NCBI GenBank assembly: GCA_018398765.1
Contig: JAHBMJ010000372.1
Coordinates: forward strand, 1-49,041
Direction of reading: 5' to 3'
DNA length: 49,041 nt
DNA from: Chromera velia
Taxonomy: Eukaryota
Shown: positions 23,214-35,831 of the stretch, in pieces
Layout: each line of letters opens with the position of its first letter
Numbering within the stretch: the stretch's first letter is position 1
Program-made: the position numbers and the translations under genes
Notes under the pieces: model-generated
What the model saw: only the letters and a program-made list of their open reading frames with translations
Databases searched by the model: none
What the model was told of the DNA's origin: nothing

Positions 23214-25200
23214 TCAACCCAAGCGCATGTGGCGCGTGTAGTGGGCAGGCCACTGGTCCATCCAGCATTTGCCTGAGGGCAGGCAAGTCGGGAAGGAAAG
23301 AAAGATATTCAAGCAGGAGAACCGGAAGGCAGGCGAAAGGCAAAAAGAACAGGGGGGAAATCAGAACAGCGTGTGGCATACGGAATGACCAGCCTCATGT
23401 CCCCCTCTCAAAAAACAAAAAAATACATTCCGCTCTCTGTGCAGAAATCCCTCCCCACACTGTGTCTGATTCATTCACTCACTCACTGGCCCCCCAGCGT
23501 ACCCACCCACCCACCCACTGACCTTGTGAGCGCAGATCGTCCCAAAACTCGATCGTCTCGGCTGCACATGCCGCCTGACACCTGAAGAATTGATACCTGC
23601 ATTCATGTTTTGCATGACCAACATTGAATGCGAAAGGGACCTGATGTGAGATGAAGGCCAGGGAGAGTGCGTCCTTGCGTGCGTGCATGCTAGAGTTTGT
23701 GCATGGGCGTGTGCGTTTGTGTTTTGGATGGAGAGGGAGGGGTTGCGTGCGGGAAGCACCACCTGTCTGTTTCTGTTTGTGCCTCTGGACAGAGATAAAC
23801 GATCATCAAAGGCTTTGTTCGGGTTGACGAGTCTCTCTTTCTTCTTTTTTCCCTCAAGGCCGCGCGTCTTTTTTTCTTTCGACATGTCTTTCCGTCCTTG
23901 TTTGCTTCTTTCTCTCCTTCTGCCCGACTTTCTTCTTTTTCTGCTCCATCCCTTCCATCCGTTCTTCTTTCCTTCGCCCCTTTCGCCTCCCTCCTTTCAT
24001 TCCCTTTCTCCTTCCTCTTTGCTGCGTGAAACAGAAAAAAACTTCATCCAGCTGCCATCAACTGACGACCGACTTTGGAAAAAATGAAGCGCGACTGCCT
24101 GCTGAACTCTTGGCCGACTTCCTTTTCTTAAAGATCTGGCTCTCTTCCTTCCTATCGTCGTTCGTTCGTTCGTTCGTTCGTTTTTCTTTTTTTTTTTTCT
24201 TCCTTCCTTCCTTCCTTCCTTCCTTTCTTTCTTTCTTTCTTTCTTTCTTTGTTTTTTGTCTGCGTTTGCTCAATCGCTCACTTCCTCTGCGTCTCGCTGA
24301 GTCATTTCAGCACGCGCCTACACACCTGAAATTCGGAAAGAAGGAAGGCAGGCAGACTCACTTGCACCGTGTGTGTTCCTCTCCCAGCTCATGTCTGCAT
24401 CTCAGCCAGACCGTGTACCTCAACAGACAACGGCCAAGCTGTTGGCTCTGGAGAAATCGGGGGTCCTGAGAGAGAGAGCGTCCGTCAGGCGATAGCGACA
24501 ATCAATCAATTCTGTCTCACGAATAATGTTGATAAATGGACAACATGTTTTTGAGGCAAAAACTCTCGCAACAGTTACAAGAGCAGACCACCGTAATAAT
24601 TTGGACAAGCAATCAAGAAAGAAGGGGCATAAGCAAAACTAAGCGGTGGATGAAATGTGTCAACCAAATAGCACTACAGGAAGGAGAGGCTGGGCAGAGG
24701 ATCAAGTGAGGCGGCATCAAGGCATCCCGTGGGGGACACAACTGATGGGGGCCCAGCGGATATGATTGGACGCAATAACAGAGTGCACTCACTCAGCCAA
24801 CATAGGTCTAGCCAAACAGGGACAACCGCTTGTTCTGGTTTATGACACGCAAGGAGAGAAGCTCCCTCCCATGCAGCCTTCGGAAGGCCCGCCCAACCAG
24901 CCAAGAGACAGGCAGGCAGCCTGAAAAAGCCTTGGAGAAACTTACTTCTCAAGGCAAGCACATGCACTTCACACACGGACGGACAGGCAGAAAAGGGAGG
25001 GTGCCAACTAGGTCGGTACAGACTGAGGGTCTGATGGAGAGAGGAGGAAGGAACAACACAGGGACTCGAGGTACGCACATGCAGACCAAATAACACCCAA
25101 CTCGCTTACTTACATCACAATGAGGGTTCTCTGAGTCTACTGCGTCCATGTTCATGACAGGCATATGGCCTGACACGTACTTCTCGTGTGCTCGTGACAT
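23214..25200 (-). CDS. COX6B: Cytochrome c oxidase subunit 6B (107 aa, 4 exons)
   Basis: Exons 25114-25200, 24362-24465, 23523-23596 and 23214-23272 give MSRAHEKY...ENPHCDDPRFLQSQQLGRCLLRYTVWLRCRHELGEEHTRCKYQFFRCQAACAAETIEFWDDLRSQGKCWMDQWP. The DPRF motif, Cx9C and Cx10C pairs and W..lR..G are present. Confidence 0.92.
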
Positions 25201-25807
25201 GGTGTCAGCCAGACTCGCCACGGGTGCACGTACAAAAATTGAAAGGAAAACTTCTTCCCAGGACGGAAGAACTACAGAGGGCACAAGACAGGCTGACTCC
25301 TGAGAAAGAAAGACCTACAGGAGCCAAGTTCACGGATTTCTGAAGCAAGTGAGGCTGACGTGGAAGAGCAGCAGACTTAAGGCGGACTACTCTCATGCAG
25401 TCAGTCTGCTTGTGGAAGTGTCAGTCCCGATAGAGTCCCGGAAGGCACATTTGACGCGCAATATTCGGCGCGCGCGGTCCCGACAGCCAAGATTTTGTGT
25501 GATTTTTATGTGAATTCTGTGCGTGCGTCAATCCTCTTGGACAGTTTTTTTCCGACGGACCGCGCCGGAAGAGAGACTGCAAGGTGAAGGGAAGGCGTCT
25601 CAAACGATCCCGAGAGATTCTGAATTCGATCGATCTTCCTGGTGGAAGGAAAAACTTGAAGGCGTTTCTCTGTCACAGGGGAAGAAGTCAGTCCACGGTG
25701 TTCCCGGTGAAAGGGGTGTGTTTGAGCAGCAATTTGTTTGAGCGGTTTCCGTCATTTGTGAAGAGTGAGGCGCGAGAAGCGAGTTTGTCTTCACTTGGGG
25801 AGTGACG

Positions 25808-28800
25808 ATGGCAAGCGTTTTGAAACCCGAGAATGCCCTCAGAAGGGCACAAGAGCTGGAGGCTGTGGGGCAGCGTGAAGATGCGCTCACGGAACTCCAA
25901 AAGTTCATCAGCAACCGAAAATTCAAGTAAGTCATCAGAGACTGGAAATGCTTTTGTGTTTATCCCCGCCTCTCTCTATCTCTTTGTCAAGGCGATCGGT
26001 CCTTCTCCACCGCGCGCCTCTTGTTTGGCCGATGACTACAAAGATGGGGCAATCAAAGTGTACGCCCCAAGCCCTAGAAGAGACTGAACTTCTGTACATT
26101 CGTGTTCTACCCACGTCCACCCCCCGTCCCCACCCCCTGCCCCACAGGCACCAGCAGTTCACAATCCACATGGAGGAGATTCTCAAGAAGTACATCGAAC
26201 TGTGTGTCGAGCTGAACAAGATCAAGCAGGCCAAAGATGGCTTGATCAACTACAGGAGTCAGTTGGGGTGTGTGGAAGGAAGTGCACCCTCGTGCCGTCT
26301 CGTTACCTTTCGCGGAGACGGGAGGTGGGGCTGCGAAACAAAACTGAAAGCACACACATGCACACAATACACCAACCACCACACACACTCGCGCACAGGC
26401 AGGCAGATAGAGAGGTCGAGAGGAGAAAGGAAATTACGAGTCTCCCCTCCATAATGAGGCGTCTCTGGGCAAAAGAACATTCTAATCTCAGGGGGGTCAT
26501 CCGTGGAGGAACACAAACAAAACAGCCTTCTTCAAGAATGAGGCTGGTGTTGCTTTACTGTCTCTTCACGTTCGGGCATCGCTCTTCCTTGTGAGCGCCC
26601 TGTGCAGAGATGAACGCGCACTTACATTACATACTTATCAGAGAGAGTGGTATTTTTGAAGATCATTCGCTGTTCTCGTCTCTTTTCTGTTTTCCGTATC
26701 CTCACTACCACAAGCTATCGCGACAGACGTTTTGTTGCCCTTTCTCATCTCACTGAGACACACAATTCAAGTCGGATTTTACCTTCCGTCCCCCTCTGGC
26801 TTCCCGTCCTTCCTTCCTTCCTTCCTGTCTACCTGCCTGCAGCCCTGTGCCAAAACCAGGGAGAGACCCAGAGTCTGCAGACGGTCCTCTCCAATTTCAG
26901 AGAGAGGGCAGAGTCTCGGGTCGCTGCTGCGATGAAGAAGTCCACCGACTTTGAATTGGCAGAGGACCTGGAGGCAGAAGAGGCACCCGAGCAGATCCTC
27001 ATGAAGACTCTGATGGCGGTCAGTCAGTCAATAAAGCAGTAAAGCAGCTGGCAGGCGAACGGACCTTGAGCTCGTCAGTGACGGAAGGGAAGGGAAGACT
27101 GTCTCATCAAGAGAAGAGAGGAGAGACGGCGGTTTCTTGCTTGCCATCTGCGTTGTTCGATGGACCATCAAAGAGAGAATCTTCTAGGGTTCCCCACTGA
27201 GGTGGGGGGGCTGAGGACGCATTCTTCTTTTTTTTGCACGATGCCTTGCTTTTCACTTCCATTTTTTCCCTTTTCTTTCTTTCTGTCTCTCTTTTTTCAG
27301 GATGCGGGGCGCGACCAGATGTCCCGTGAGGTGCACCAGACCCTCAGGTTCTGTTGGGAGTGCTACAAGACGACCCTAGAGATTCTGAGAAACAACAAGG
27401 CTCTCGAGAAAGTGTACCACAAGACCGCCGCCAAGGCTTTTGAATTCTGTGTCACCCACAAGAGGCTCCAGGAGTTCAAAAGACTCTGTGAGATGCTCAG
27501 AAGCCATTACGCTCTCCTCCAGAGAAGTTAGTGTCTGCCCTCTCCTCTCACATTCATGTCATGAAGCATCGCTGGGTGTTGCTTGATTCGATTCTTCAAG
27601 ACACTGACAGACGATTCGAGTCGGGCAGTCAGAGGGGCTCTCCTCCACTTTTCCCTCCTAGCGCACCTCACCCAAGTTCCTTTGGCTGGAATGCTGTTGG
27701 CCCCCCTCTCGATCGACTCTTCCTTCCCTCTCCCCCTTCGCCTTGGAAGTCACGAAAACTGTCGCAAGAGACAAAGCGATGCAATTGATCTCATAACCTC
27801 AGCAAAGCGAGCAGTTGGTGCCATGACAAGAAAAACACGCGTATCATTTGTGTGTCTTTCTTCACGCTTTGCACATCCCTTCTGCTGCAGCTGGTCTCGG
27901 GGGCGGCGCCAACCTGGTTTCTCTCTCCAACCCCGACACTGTTGCTTTGATCCTTGAGACACGTCTCGTTCAGCTGAAGACAGCAGTTTCCCTGGAACTG
28001 TTCAGAGAGGCGTACGCAACTGCAGAGGATATTCACATTCTCATGAGCAGACACAAGAAGGTGACGGCGTTTATCTCAGCGCTTTTCTATGAGAAGCTCG
28101 CTGAGATCTTTTGGGTTGCTGAGGAGACCATCTTTCATGCCAACGCACTTCTGAAATGCGTACAGCTGAACAGAGGGGCGGCCGGCCCAAAGAAAAGCAC
28201 GCAGACTGCGCTGGCTGCTGTCGTTTTGGCAGTCCTCGGCATTCCTCCCTACACGTCAGTCAGTCAGTCAGCAGACTCCTCCCCAGACTGCGGAGCCCCC
28301 TTCCCGGTCCCGTTATCCGTTCTTTCTCTCTATTCTTTAGTGTCTCCGCAGATTTGATCTGCTTGACGATCCGTCCGTCCTCTCCTTCTCTCTTATGTGT
28401 CCTCGGCTCGTCCAGTCTTGCCCCTGTGCACGGCCTTCTTGACACCCTGTTTGCGTTGTGCATGCAGAAGAGATCTGCAGTCCAGCTGCTCAGCATCATG
28501 ACTTCAGCAGGGAAAAATGGGACTCGAACACGTTTATTGTCATTTTGAACCTTCCATATCGTTGTTCATTTATTTTGCGTGTTTTCTTTCTTTCAGCGCT
28601 TTTAGGGGCAGTGCGGGCGACTTGGACCCTGAGCAGACGGTCAAGGCGAAGAAGCAGAAGATGGCAGCTCTGATGCATCTCCCTCAGGTCTGTCTCTAGA
28701 GTTTGTTTCCTTCAATTCCGCTCCCTCGCTCGTTCGGTTATTCATTCACTCTAAGGTTGGTTATCCATTCGTTCACTCGCTTCTGAATGACCTGCCTCTC

Positions 28801-31800
28801 TCTGGCCTTGCCCACAAAGAACGTTAACAGAGTTGGAACCCGCTTTCCTGAACAAAAAAAGGAGAAAAATGCGATTCTCCCTCGATGCTCTGTCCCTTCT
28901 TAGCACCCACCGGCTGTGCATAGAATCTGAAGAAAATGAAACAGAATCCCCCCCCACCTCTCCGCTTTGCTTCCCGTCGACAGCCTTGGCGCTTCTCATT
29001 AGACTCCACCAGTGATTGTGCATTGATCGTCTATGAGCTGGGTAAAGGTAACTTTGCACATTCCTTCATTCCTTGAATTTCCTTTGCTGCCTTTCTGCCT
29101 GCCTGGCTGCAGGTGCCCACTCGCGAGTCCCTTATCTCCGAGATCCAGGCAAAGAATTTCGTCAACGCGGCCCCCCCTGCCGTGCAACAGCTGTTCGCAC
29201 TGATTGAGGACAAATTCACTCCCCTGTCCCTCTGGTCGGTTGGTTGGTTGGTGGGTCCTCTCTTCAGATGTTGTCTGGGCGGCCTTTGACGTTCCGTTGT
29301 CTGGCAAGTTTGCCGGTTTTCCATGTGTTTTTCCCCTTCCTCTACGTGTCTCTGTTGATCTCTTTGTCCATCTTTTGATCAAAAAGAGAAGACAAGAAAA
29401 AGTATGCTGCGTTTCCATCTTCTTTTCCTTCGGGCACCTTCCGACTTCCATTGGGAGTGGAGGAGCACAATTCCTTTCCCCCCTGTTCTGGCTGATTGGA
29501 TTGATGGCTTGATTGATCGAGTGGATGGATGGATGGATGCAGCCGTGATGCCATTCCCCTTCTGGAGTCCTTCAAGGACTCAGAGGACCTCAACGTGTAC
29601 GTTCCATCGATCAAGAAGGTCGTCTTCTGGAAACTCATGAGACAGCTCAGCGGCATCTACTCGGTCCTGTCCATTTCTGCCTTCTGTGAAAACCTCTGCC
29701 CTGAGAGCTTCATGCCCTGGAGCGAGGTCGGTCGGTCTGTCAAGGGAGGATAAAAGGCCGCAGACAGGTTCTTGTCGTGGCCAGCTATCAGACTCAGATG
29801 ATGAAGGCAAATGTATCGCTCTGATGGCTGAAAAGAACGACTTTCTCTCACGGTTTTGCATTCGCGATCGGAGAGTCCGCACCCTTTCGCTCGTTGATGA
29901 GACAAATTTCTATGGGTAATTTGCGTCTGACGTCTCCGGACTCTGATGCATAAAAGAATTGAAATCACTGAGGGCACGAGGCACACACAAACGGACGGAT
30001 GCACACGTACAGACGATAGGGGTGGGTTGACGTCTTCAAAAAAAGCCGGGACTCTTCTCCCGATCTGTCGCTTTACTTTGTTGACCGTCACTCACTCTCT
30101 CATTTACTGACTCACTCCTCATCTGCATCATGCAGGCGGAAGCCAACTTGGTTGACCTCGTGCACCAGGGACAGGTGGGGGCCCGCATCGATCACGTCAA
30201 GGGGGTGCTGCGATTTGAGGCTGCGGCTTCAGACCCTGCCTCCATTCTGCAGTCGTCCATGGCAGAGCTGGGCTCTCAGCTGTCCAGGGCTGTGAGGATG
30301 ATGTTTCCCGGGGAGGCGGAGGACCTGGCACAGAAGAGAAGAGTCGAACTGTTGGACTGCATGGAGGCCAGGATCGATATGGAGGGCGCGCAACTCGAGC
30401 GAAGAGTTAGGGACATCTCCGAGCGCAACAAGAAGAGACAGGAAGTCAAACAACGCATTGAGGCCGTCAGTCCCCCCGTGCAATTATTACCCTCTCTGTT
30501 TTTTCGGATGAAGTGTATGAAACGATGATGCGACAGGACGCACATCCGACACCTTTGAACTCTTTGTTGAACTCGTTTTCATCTCTTGGCGGTGCCTCTG
30601 CTGCAGCGCTTTGTCTTCTTTGAGCCGGTTGGGGTGGTGGAGGACTTTTCTGTTAATCCTGAAACAAATCGTGAGTGACTAGTCCTCTGCATCTTCCTGG
30701 TGTGTGTCGTCCGTTTCCCTCGTTTTCTCTTTTCTGCCTCGTGACATTTGTTTTACGGGCGGCCTCTCCTGTTTTCACTTTTCGCTTTCCAGGTCCGGCA
30801 TTCAGCGTTGTGTGCTGTTTTCCTTCTCCTTTTTGCAGGACCAGCGTCTTCGTGCGGAGAGAGTGAAGCGCGAGGAGGAGGAGGCGGAGAGGCGCAGACA
30901 GGAGGAGGAGAGGCGCAAGAGAGAGGAGGAGCGGTTGAAGGCCGAGAGAAAGAAGAGAGAGGAGGAGAAGAGACTCGAGATGCTCGATGTCCTCAAGAAA
31001 GTCGCCAACGAGGGTACCACTGCTGCGAAGATCAAGGTCAGTCAGTCAGTCAGTTAGTCAATCAACTCACGGGTTTGCAAGATTCTTGAAAACACAGAAA
31101 TGCACACAGACAGACAGACAGACAGACAGACATAGCACACAGAGAATGTACCCATTTGCCATGAAACGTCTTCTAGAAGCGCGAAAGAGAAAAGAATTGG
31201 TTATTCCGAACTGTCGCGTCTCTCTCTTTCTCTAACATGTGTTTGTGGTGGTGTGTCTCATTCTCTCTCCGTTTCTCTTCACCCAAACGAACGCGTGAAA
31301 AACTTGTGTCACCGAAACCCAAACACGCTGTCTGTCTGTCTGTCTGTCTGACTGTCAACCCAACCCTGCAGGTGGCAGGCAAGAGGGTCGACGAGCTCCA
31401 GCTGGAGGACGTGGAGCATCTTGAGGAGGCAGAGTTGGAGCGTGCGCAGGAGGAGCAGAGGAAGCAGGAGAGGGCAGAGCGTATCAAGCTCCGCAAGCTG
31501 GAGGCCAAGCGGGTGGACCACCTTGTCAGGGCCCTCCGCACGGAGGAGCAGCCCTTCTTGCAGAAGTGGCAGAAGACAACTCAGGAGAGCGACACCAAAT
31601 TTGTGGAAGAGCAGGAACTCATCAGAGAAAAAAGTGAGTTGAGAGAGCCACATGAGATGAAATGACAAGGGCGCACAAATAGAAAGAAACAGGAAGAGAG
31701 TGCACACATATCATACAAAAAGAAGCAGTGCATGAAGAAGAGAAACTGGTACCGGAGGGAGCACTGCGGGAAAGAAAAGGGAATCGAAGTGAAAAAGCAA

Positions 31801-32159
31801 GAGCGACGCTCAATCCGAACAAGGTCAAAGTAGTTGTTCCTAGTGGTGGTGGTAAAAGGTTTGTCATCAGATCTACAGCCGTGCCCACCGTTCAGGTCTC
31901 CGTGTTCTGCTCTCGGACACACGCTGTTTTTCCACCTTCACGCCGACAGGAAGAGAATTAACAAAGAGAGAGATCGGGAGGGAGGAACGCAGGGAGAATG
32001 AACGAAAGGAAGAAAGCAAAACATACAAAAAAGAAGAGCAAGGAAAAGGAGAGAAAAAGAGAAGAAGCGGAGAGACAGAAGGGAGGGACTGAATCTTCAC
32101 TGTCCAAGGATGCCCCTCCTTCCTTCCTTCTCCCTTAATTCCCCGCCTCCTTCCTTTTT

Positions 32160-32194
<35 letters not shown>

Positions 32195-33958
32195 GCAGCT
32201 GCCAAGGAGAGGTTCGATGCTGAGAAGGAGCTGAAGGCGAGCCTGAAGCCTTGCGAGAAGGTGGTCAACGTCTGGCTGGAGGAGAGAATGAAGGGCAGAA
32301 TCGCACAACACCAGAGAGACCTGGCAGAACAGACCGCAAGACTTCAACAGGTTGGTCAGGCCGGAATGGATCGATGACTCTTCCTTTGCTGCTTGCTTTC
32401 TTGCTTTTGTGTTTTCCCGCCCGCGTAGCTGCATGTAAGTTGTTTGTACGGCTTGACTGTCTGTTTTCCGTATAACACCTGGCGGTTGTCTCTAAACCTT
32501 CTCCTTCGCTTTCCATGCCCTATTCCTTGCCTCACTGCTCTCCTATCATTGCCCACTTCCTTCTCTTTCGTTTTTTTTGTTTTCCTGTCTCACTTTCTGT
32601 CCCTCTGCTTGCAGGAAGTGCTGCGGAACAAAATCGCCAGAGCGCGTGAGAGGAGACGCAGGGAAGACATGCGAAGACGTGAGGAGGAGGAGAGACAGAG
32701 ACTGGAAGAAGAGAGACAGAGGAGAGCTGCCAGCAGAGGAGGTAGATCGGTGAGTGAGTGAGAGTGCATTCTCTCGCAAGTTTCCGGACGGCCATTTCTG
32801 TTCTTTCGACATCCCTCTCCAGCTCTTTCCCGCTCCCTCCCCCCGTCCTTTCTTTGAATGTGTGTGTATGATTGCCGGTCTTTGGTTCTGTCCCTTTTTG
32901 CTTCGTTCCTTTCCAGCGAGACCGCCGGACGACGCCCACGTTCCAACACCCCCCTCAGCTGCATGCCGCTTTCTGTAACCCTCCAACCCGCGCAGAGGCC
33001 ATCACGGCCTCATCCGCATTCACACCCACTATCTCGATCTAACATGGATGGAGAGAGAGAGAGAGAGAGAGAAAAGAGAGCTCCATTCAGAGCAGCCAGA
33101 GATACTGTGCATTTCCATCTTCAAGTGTAGGGAGTCTTCCTGGCTCCTCTTCATTGTCACCCTCTTTCTTTCTTTCTTTCTTTCTTCCTTTCTTTCTTTC
33201 TTTACTCGATCAGGACTCTGACCGCACCGACTCCGACTACTCCGACAGCGACTATTCCGATGATAGCAGAAGAAGCCGAGGCCGCAGTCCTCCCGCAAGA
33301 AGGGGGGGCGGCAGAGGCCGGTCCCGTTCCCGCTCCTACACCCCCTCCTCCCGTTCCCGGTCCTCCAGCAGGGGTCCCCGGAGGGGCGGCGGCGGCGGCA
33401 GAGGACGGAGCCCCTCCGACTCCCGCACACCCCCCAGAGGAGGGAGAGACAGGTCCAGATCGCCGCCCGCAAGGGGGGGAGCAGGGCGACGCGATGAGGG
33501 CGACGACTGGCGCCGCGCGGGGGGGCCGGGCCCTCGAGGCGGCGGCGGAAGAGACAGAGACGACGATCCACCCAGGGTGGGTGCGTGTGTGAGTGTTTTC
33601 TTCTCGTGTGTCGGTGTGAATTTTGTTCCTTTTCTTTACTCTCTCTTCTGATGGGACAAGTCCTTTGTTTCCTCCTCTTGGTCTCGTAAAGGTGAAGTTT
33701 CAAATCGTTTTTGTGGTCATTCATCGTGTCAGTGAATCACAAAAAAAGACAGTCACTCACCTGCTTGTTCTCTTCTCTGGATGCAGAGAGACGGAGGGGG
33801 GGACCGTGAGTGGAGGGGCGGGGCTCGCGAGAGAGACGAGAGGGACGACGGACCTCGTGGTGGACCTAGGGGAGGTGGCCGTGATTGGGTGGGTCCTCTC
33901 TCTCTCTTTCTCTTTCTCTCTCTCTCTGGCGCAGACATACTTTTGTGTGTGTGAGTGT

Positions 33959-34001
<43 letters not shown>

Positions 34002-34152
34002 AAGGAGCGAGATAGATACGTTTCTGTTTCTTTTCTTTGTCCTTTCTGATGATTCTTTTGCGTTGACTCTCCTCTTTCGTTTGTTCTTTCTGTTTGAAGT
34101 TTTCACCTCTTTCACCATCCGCTGATTGTTTCTGTTCATCATGTGCCGTCTG

Positions 34153-34183
<31 letters not shown>

Positions 34184-34414
34184 GTGTCATCGCAGGACAA
34201 CGTCCGTGATAACCCCCGTGGAGACAGAGACCGCGACCGCAGAGACGGTTCCCCTTCCGACAGAGGAGGCAGAGGACGCGGTCCCCCCCCCAGGGGGGAC
34301 AGAGACAGAGATGCAGGCAGTCCTCCCCGTAGAGACGACAGAGACGCGCCGTCTCCGAAACCGGCGGAGGAGGGATGGGAAGTACAGAAGCCCAAGGGGA
34401 GAGGGAGGAAGTGA
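25808..34414 (+). CDS. EIF3A: Eukaryotic translation initiation factor 3 subunit A (1050 aa, 16 exons)
   Basis: It starts MASVLKPENALRRAQEL and includes AKDGLINYR, LRFCWECYKTTLEILRNN, EFKRLCEMLRSH, LETRLVQL, a PCI region (ARIDH), coiled coils, RVDHLVRALR and an RS/RG/RD tail. Exons are 25808-25926, 26148-26257, 26843-27018, 27301-27526, 27891-28254, 28597-28687, 29113-29234, 29543-29726, 30136-30465, 30839-31036, 31372-31633, 32199-32350, 32615-32749, 33214-33576, 33787-33888 and 34196-34414 (3153 nt, in frame). Confidence 0.95.
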
Positions 34415-35709
34415 GTGTGAACAAGAGAAAAAGAGAAGAGGGAGAGGGACGGGATTCAATTTTGAAGTTCGAAGAAGCTGAAGACGCAGAGGTGGAGATC
34501 ATTTCTTCTTTGCGGCAGCAGCCAGTCAAACAGTAGGGTCAATCGGATGGTGTGAGTTGTGCTTCTCCCCTGCGTTTGCAGTCTCTGCAAATGGGTCGAC
34601 TTCTGGGCTTTCCTTCTTTCCCTTCAGTTGTCTCTGCTTTGTCCCGAAGGACAAGCAACGAGTTTAGAAGGGGGGCAGCAGTGTGTGTCACCTGTCCTGT
34701 CCCAAGCTTCTTCACTCTCTTTTGCTTCCTTCTCCTCAAAGACTTTCACCGCCATCTTGCTTCTGTCAATCTCTTCCTTTCACTCCATTCGTTCGAACGC
34801 TCCTCGGATGCGCCTCTCCCTCCTCTTGTTCTGCCCAATTCCCATAATGCTGGGGATTGGTTTGTCTCTGCATGATTCGATCGACCTGTTTTGCCCGCCT
34901 TCCTTCGAATTCTTTCGTCATCTTTTTTGGCCCTGAAGTTCACTTCACTGCCTTCGCCTCCTGCCTGGCTTGAGTAGCTTCGTTTTGTTCTTCGGTATGC
35001 TTTCTCCAACTGTCTGCCTGACTCTCTGTGGAGGGAGGGGGGTTGTTGGTTGTTGGATCCGAATATGTGGCGTTTGCTGGTTGTTTGTTCTTCTTGTTTG
35101 TGTTGGGGAAGGGAGAGAACTAGAAGGAGGCAGATCGATCTCCTGCATCCCTTGTTCCCTTTCTCCCTCTTTCTTTTCGGGCAGCTTCTGAACGGTCGTG
35201 GACTGTTGGAAGGAATTTGAGTCTGTTTGTTCGATCGGCCCTACGATCGATCACACAGGCCTCGAACAGACAATCGTCTCTTCTCGATTGTCCCTTCCGT
35301 GTAGGCCAACTAGGCCTCTGCATGCTGACATAGATGTGTGTCCCGGTTCTCCCTCTCTTGGCGATTGAGAGATCATGGAGACAGCCAAGAAGAAAGGGCG
35401 GGGCATGCAGAAAAAAAATCCTGTCACGTTGTCCGTCGGTTTTTTCATTGCAGAAAGGCTGGATGCATTTGTACGGGCTTGCTGCTGGAACGAGGGGAGG
35501 GGGGGTTGAGGAAAATTCAGGCTCGGGATTGGGTTTTTACATGCAAGAAGCGCAAGTGGATTTTTAAATCGCATGGTAATTCCGCTTCAGTGGATTGTGA
35601 AATGCCTTCTCATTACAAAAAGAATCGGTTGGCGTGCATGCTAGAATGCATATACGTCACCCATAATACGTGGATACTGAGCAAAAATCGGCCACACTAA
35701 GCGTGGTTT

Positions 35710-35726
35710 CTATATGTACATATGTC

Positions 35727-35771
<45 letters not shown>

Positions 35772-35794
35772 ACGATATATACATTACGATATAT

Positions 35795-35828
<34 letters not shown>
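35710..35828. repeat. (TA)n microsatellite cluster
   Basis: Two long TA runs are directly visible. Confidence 0.95.
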
Positions 35829-35831
<3 letters not shown>

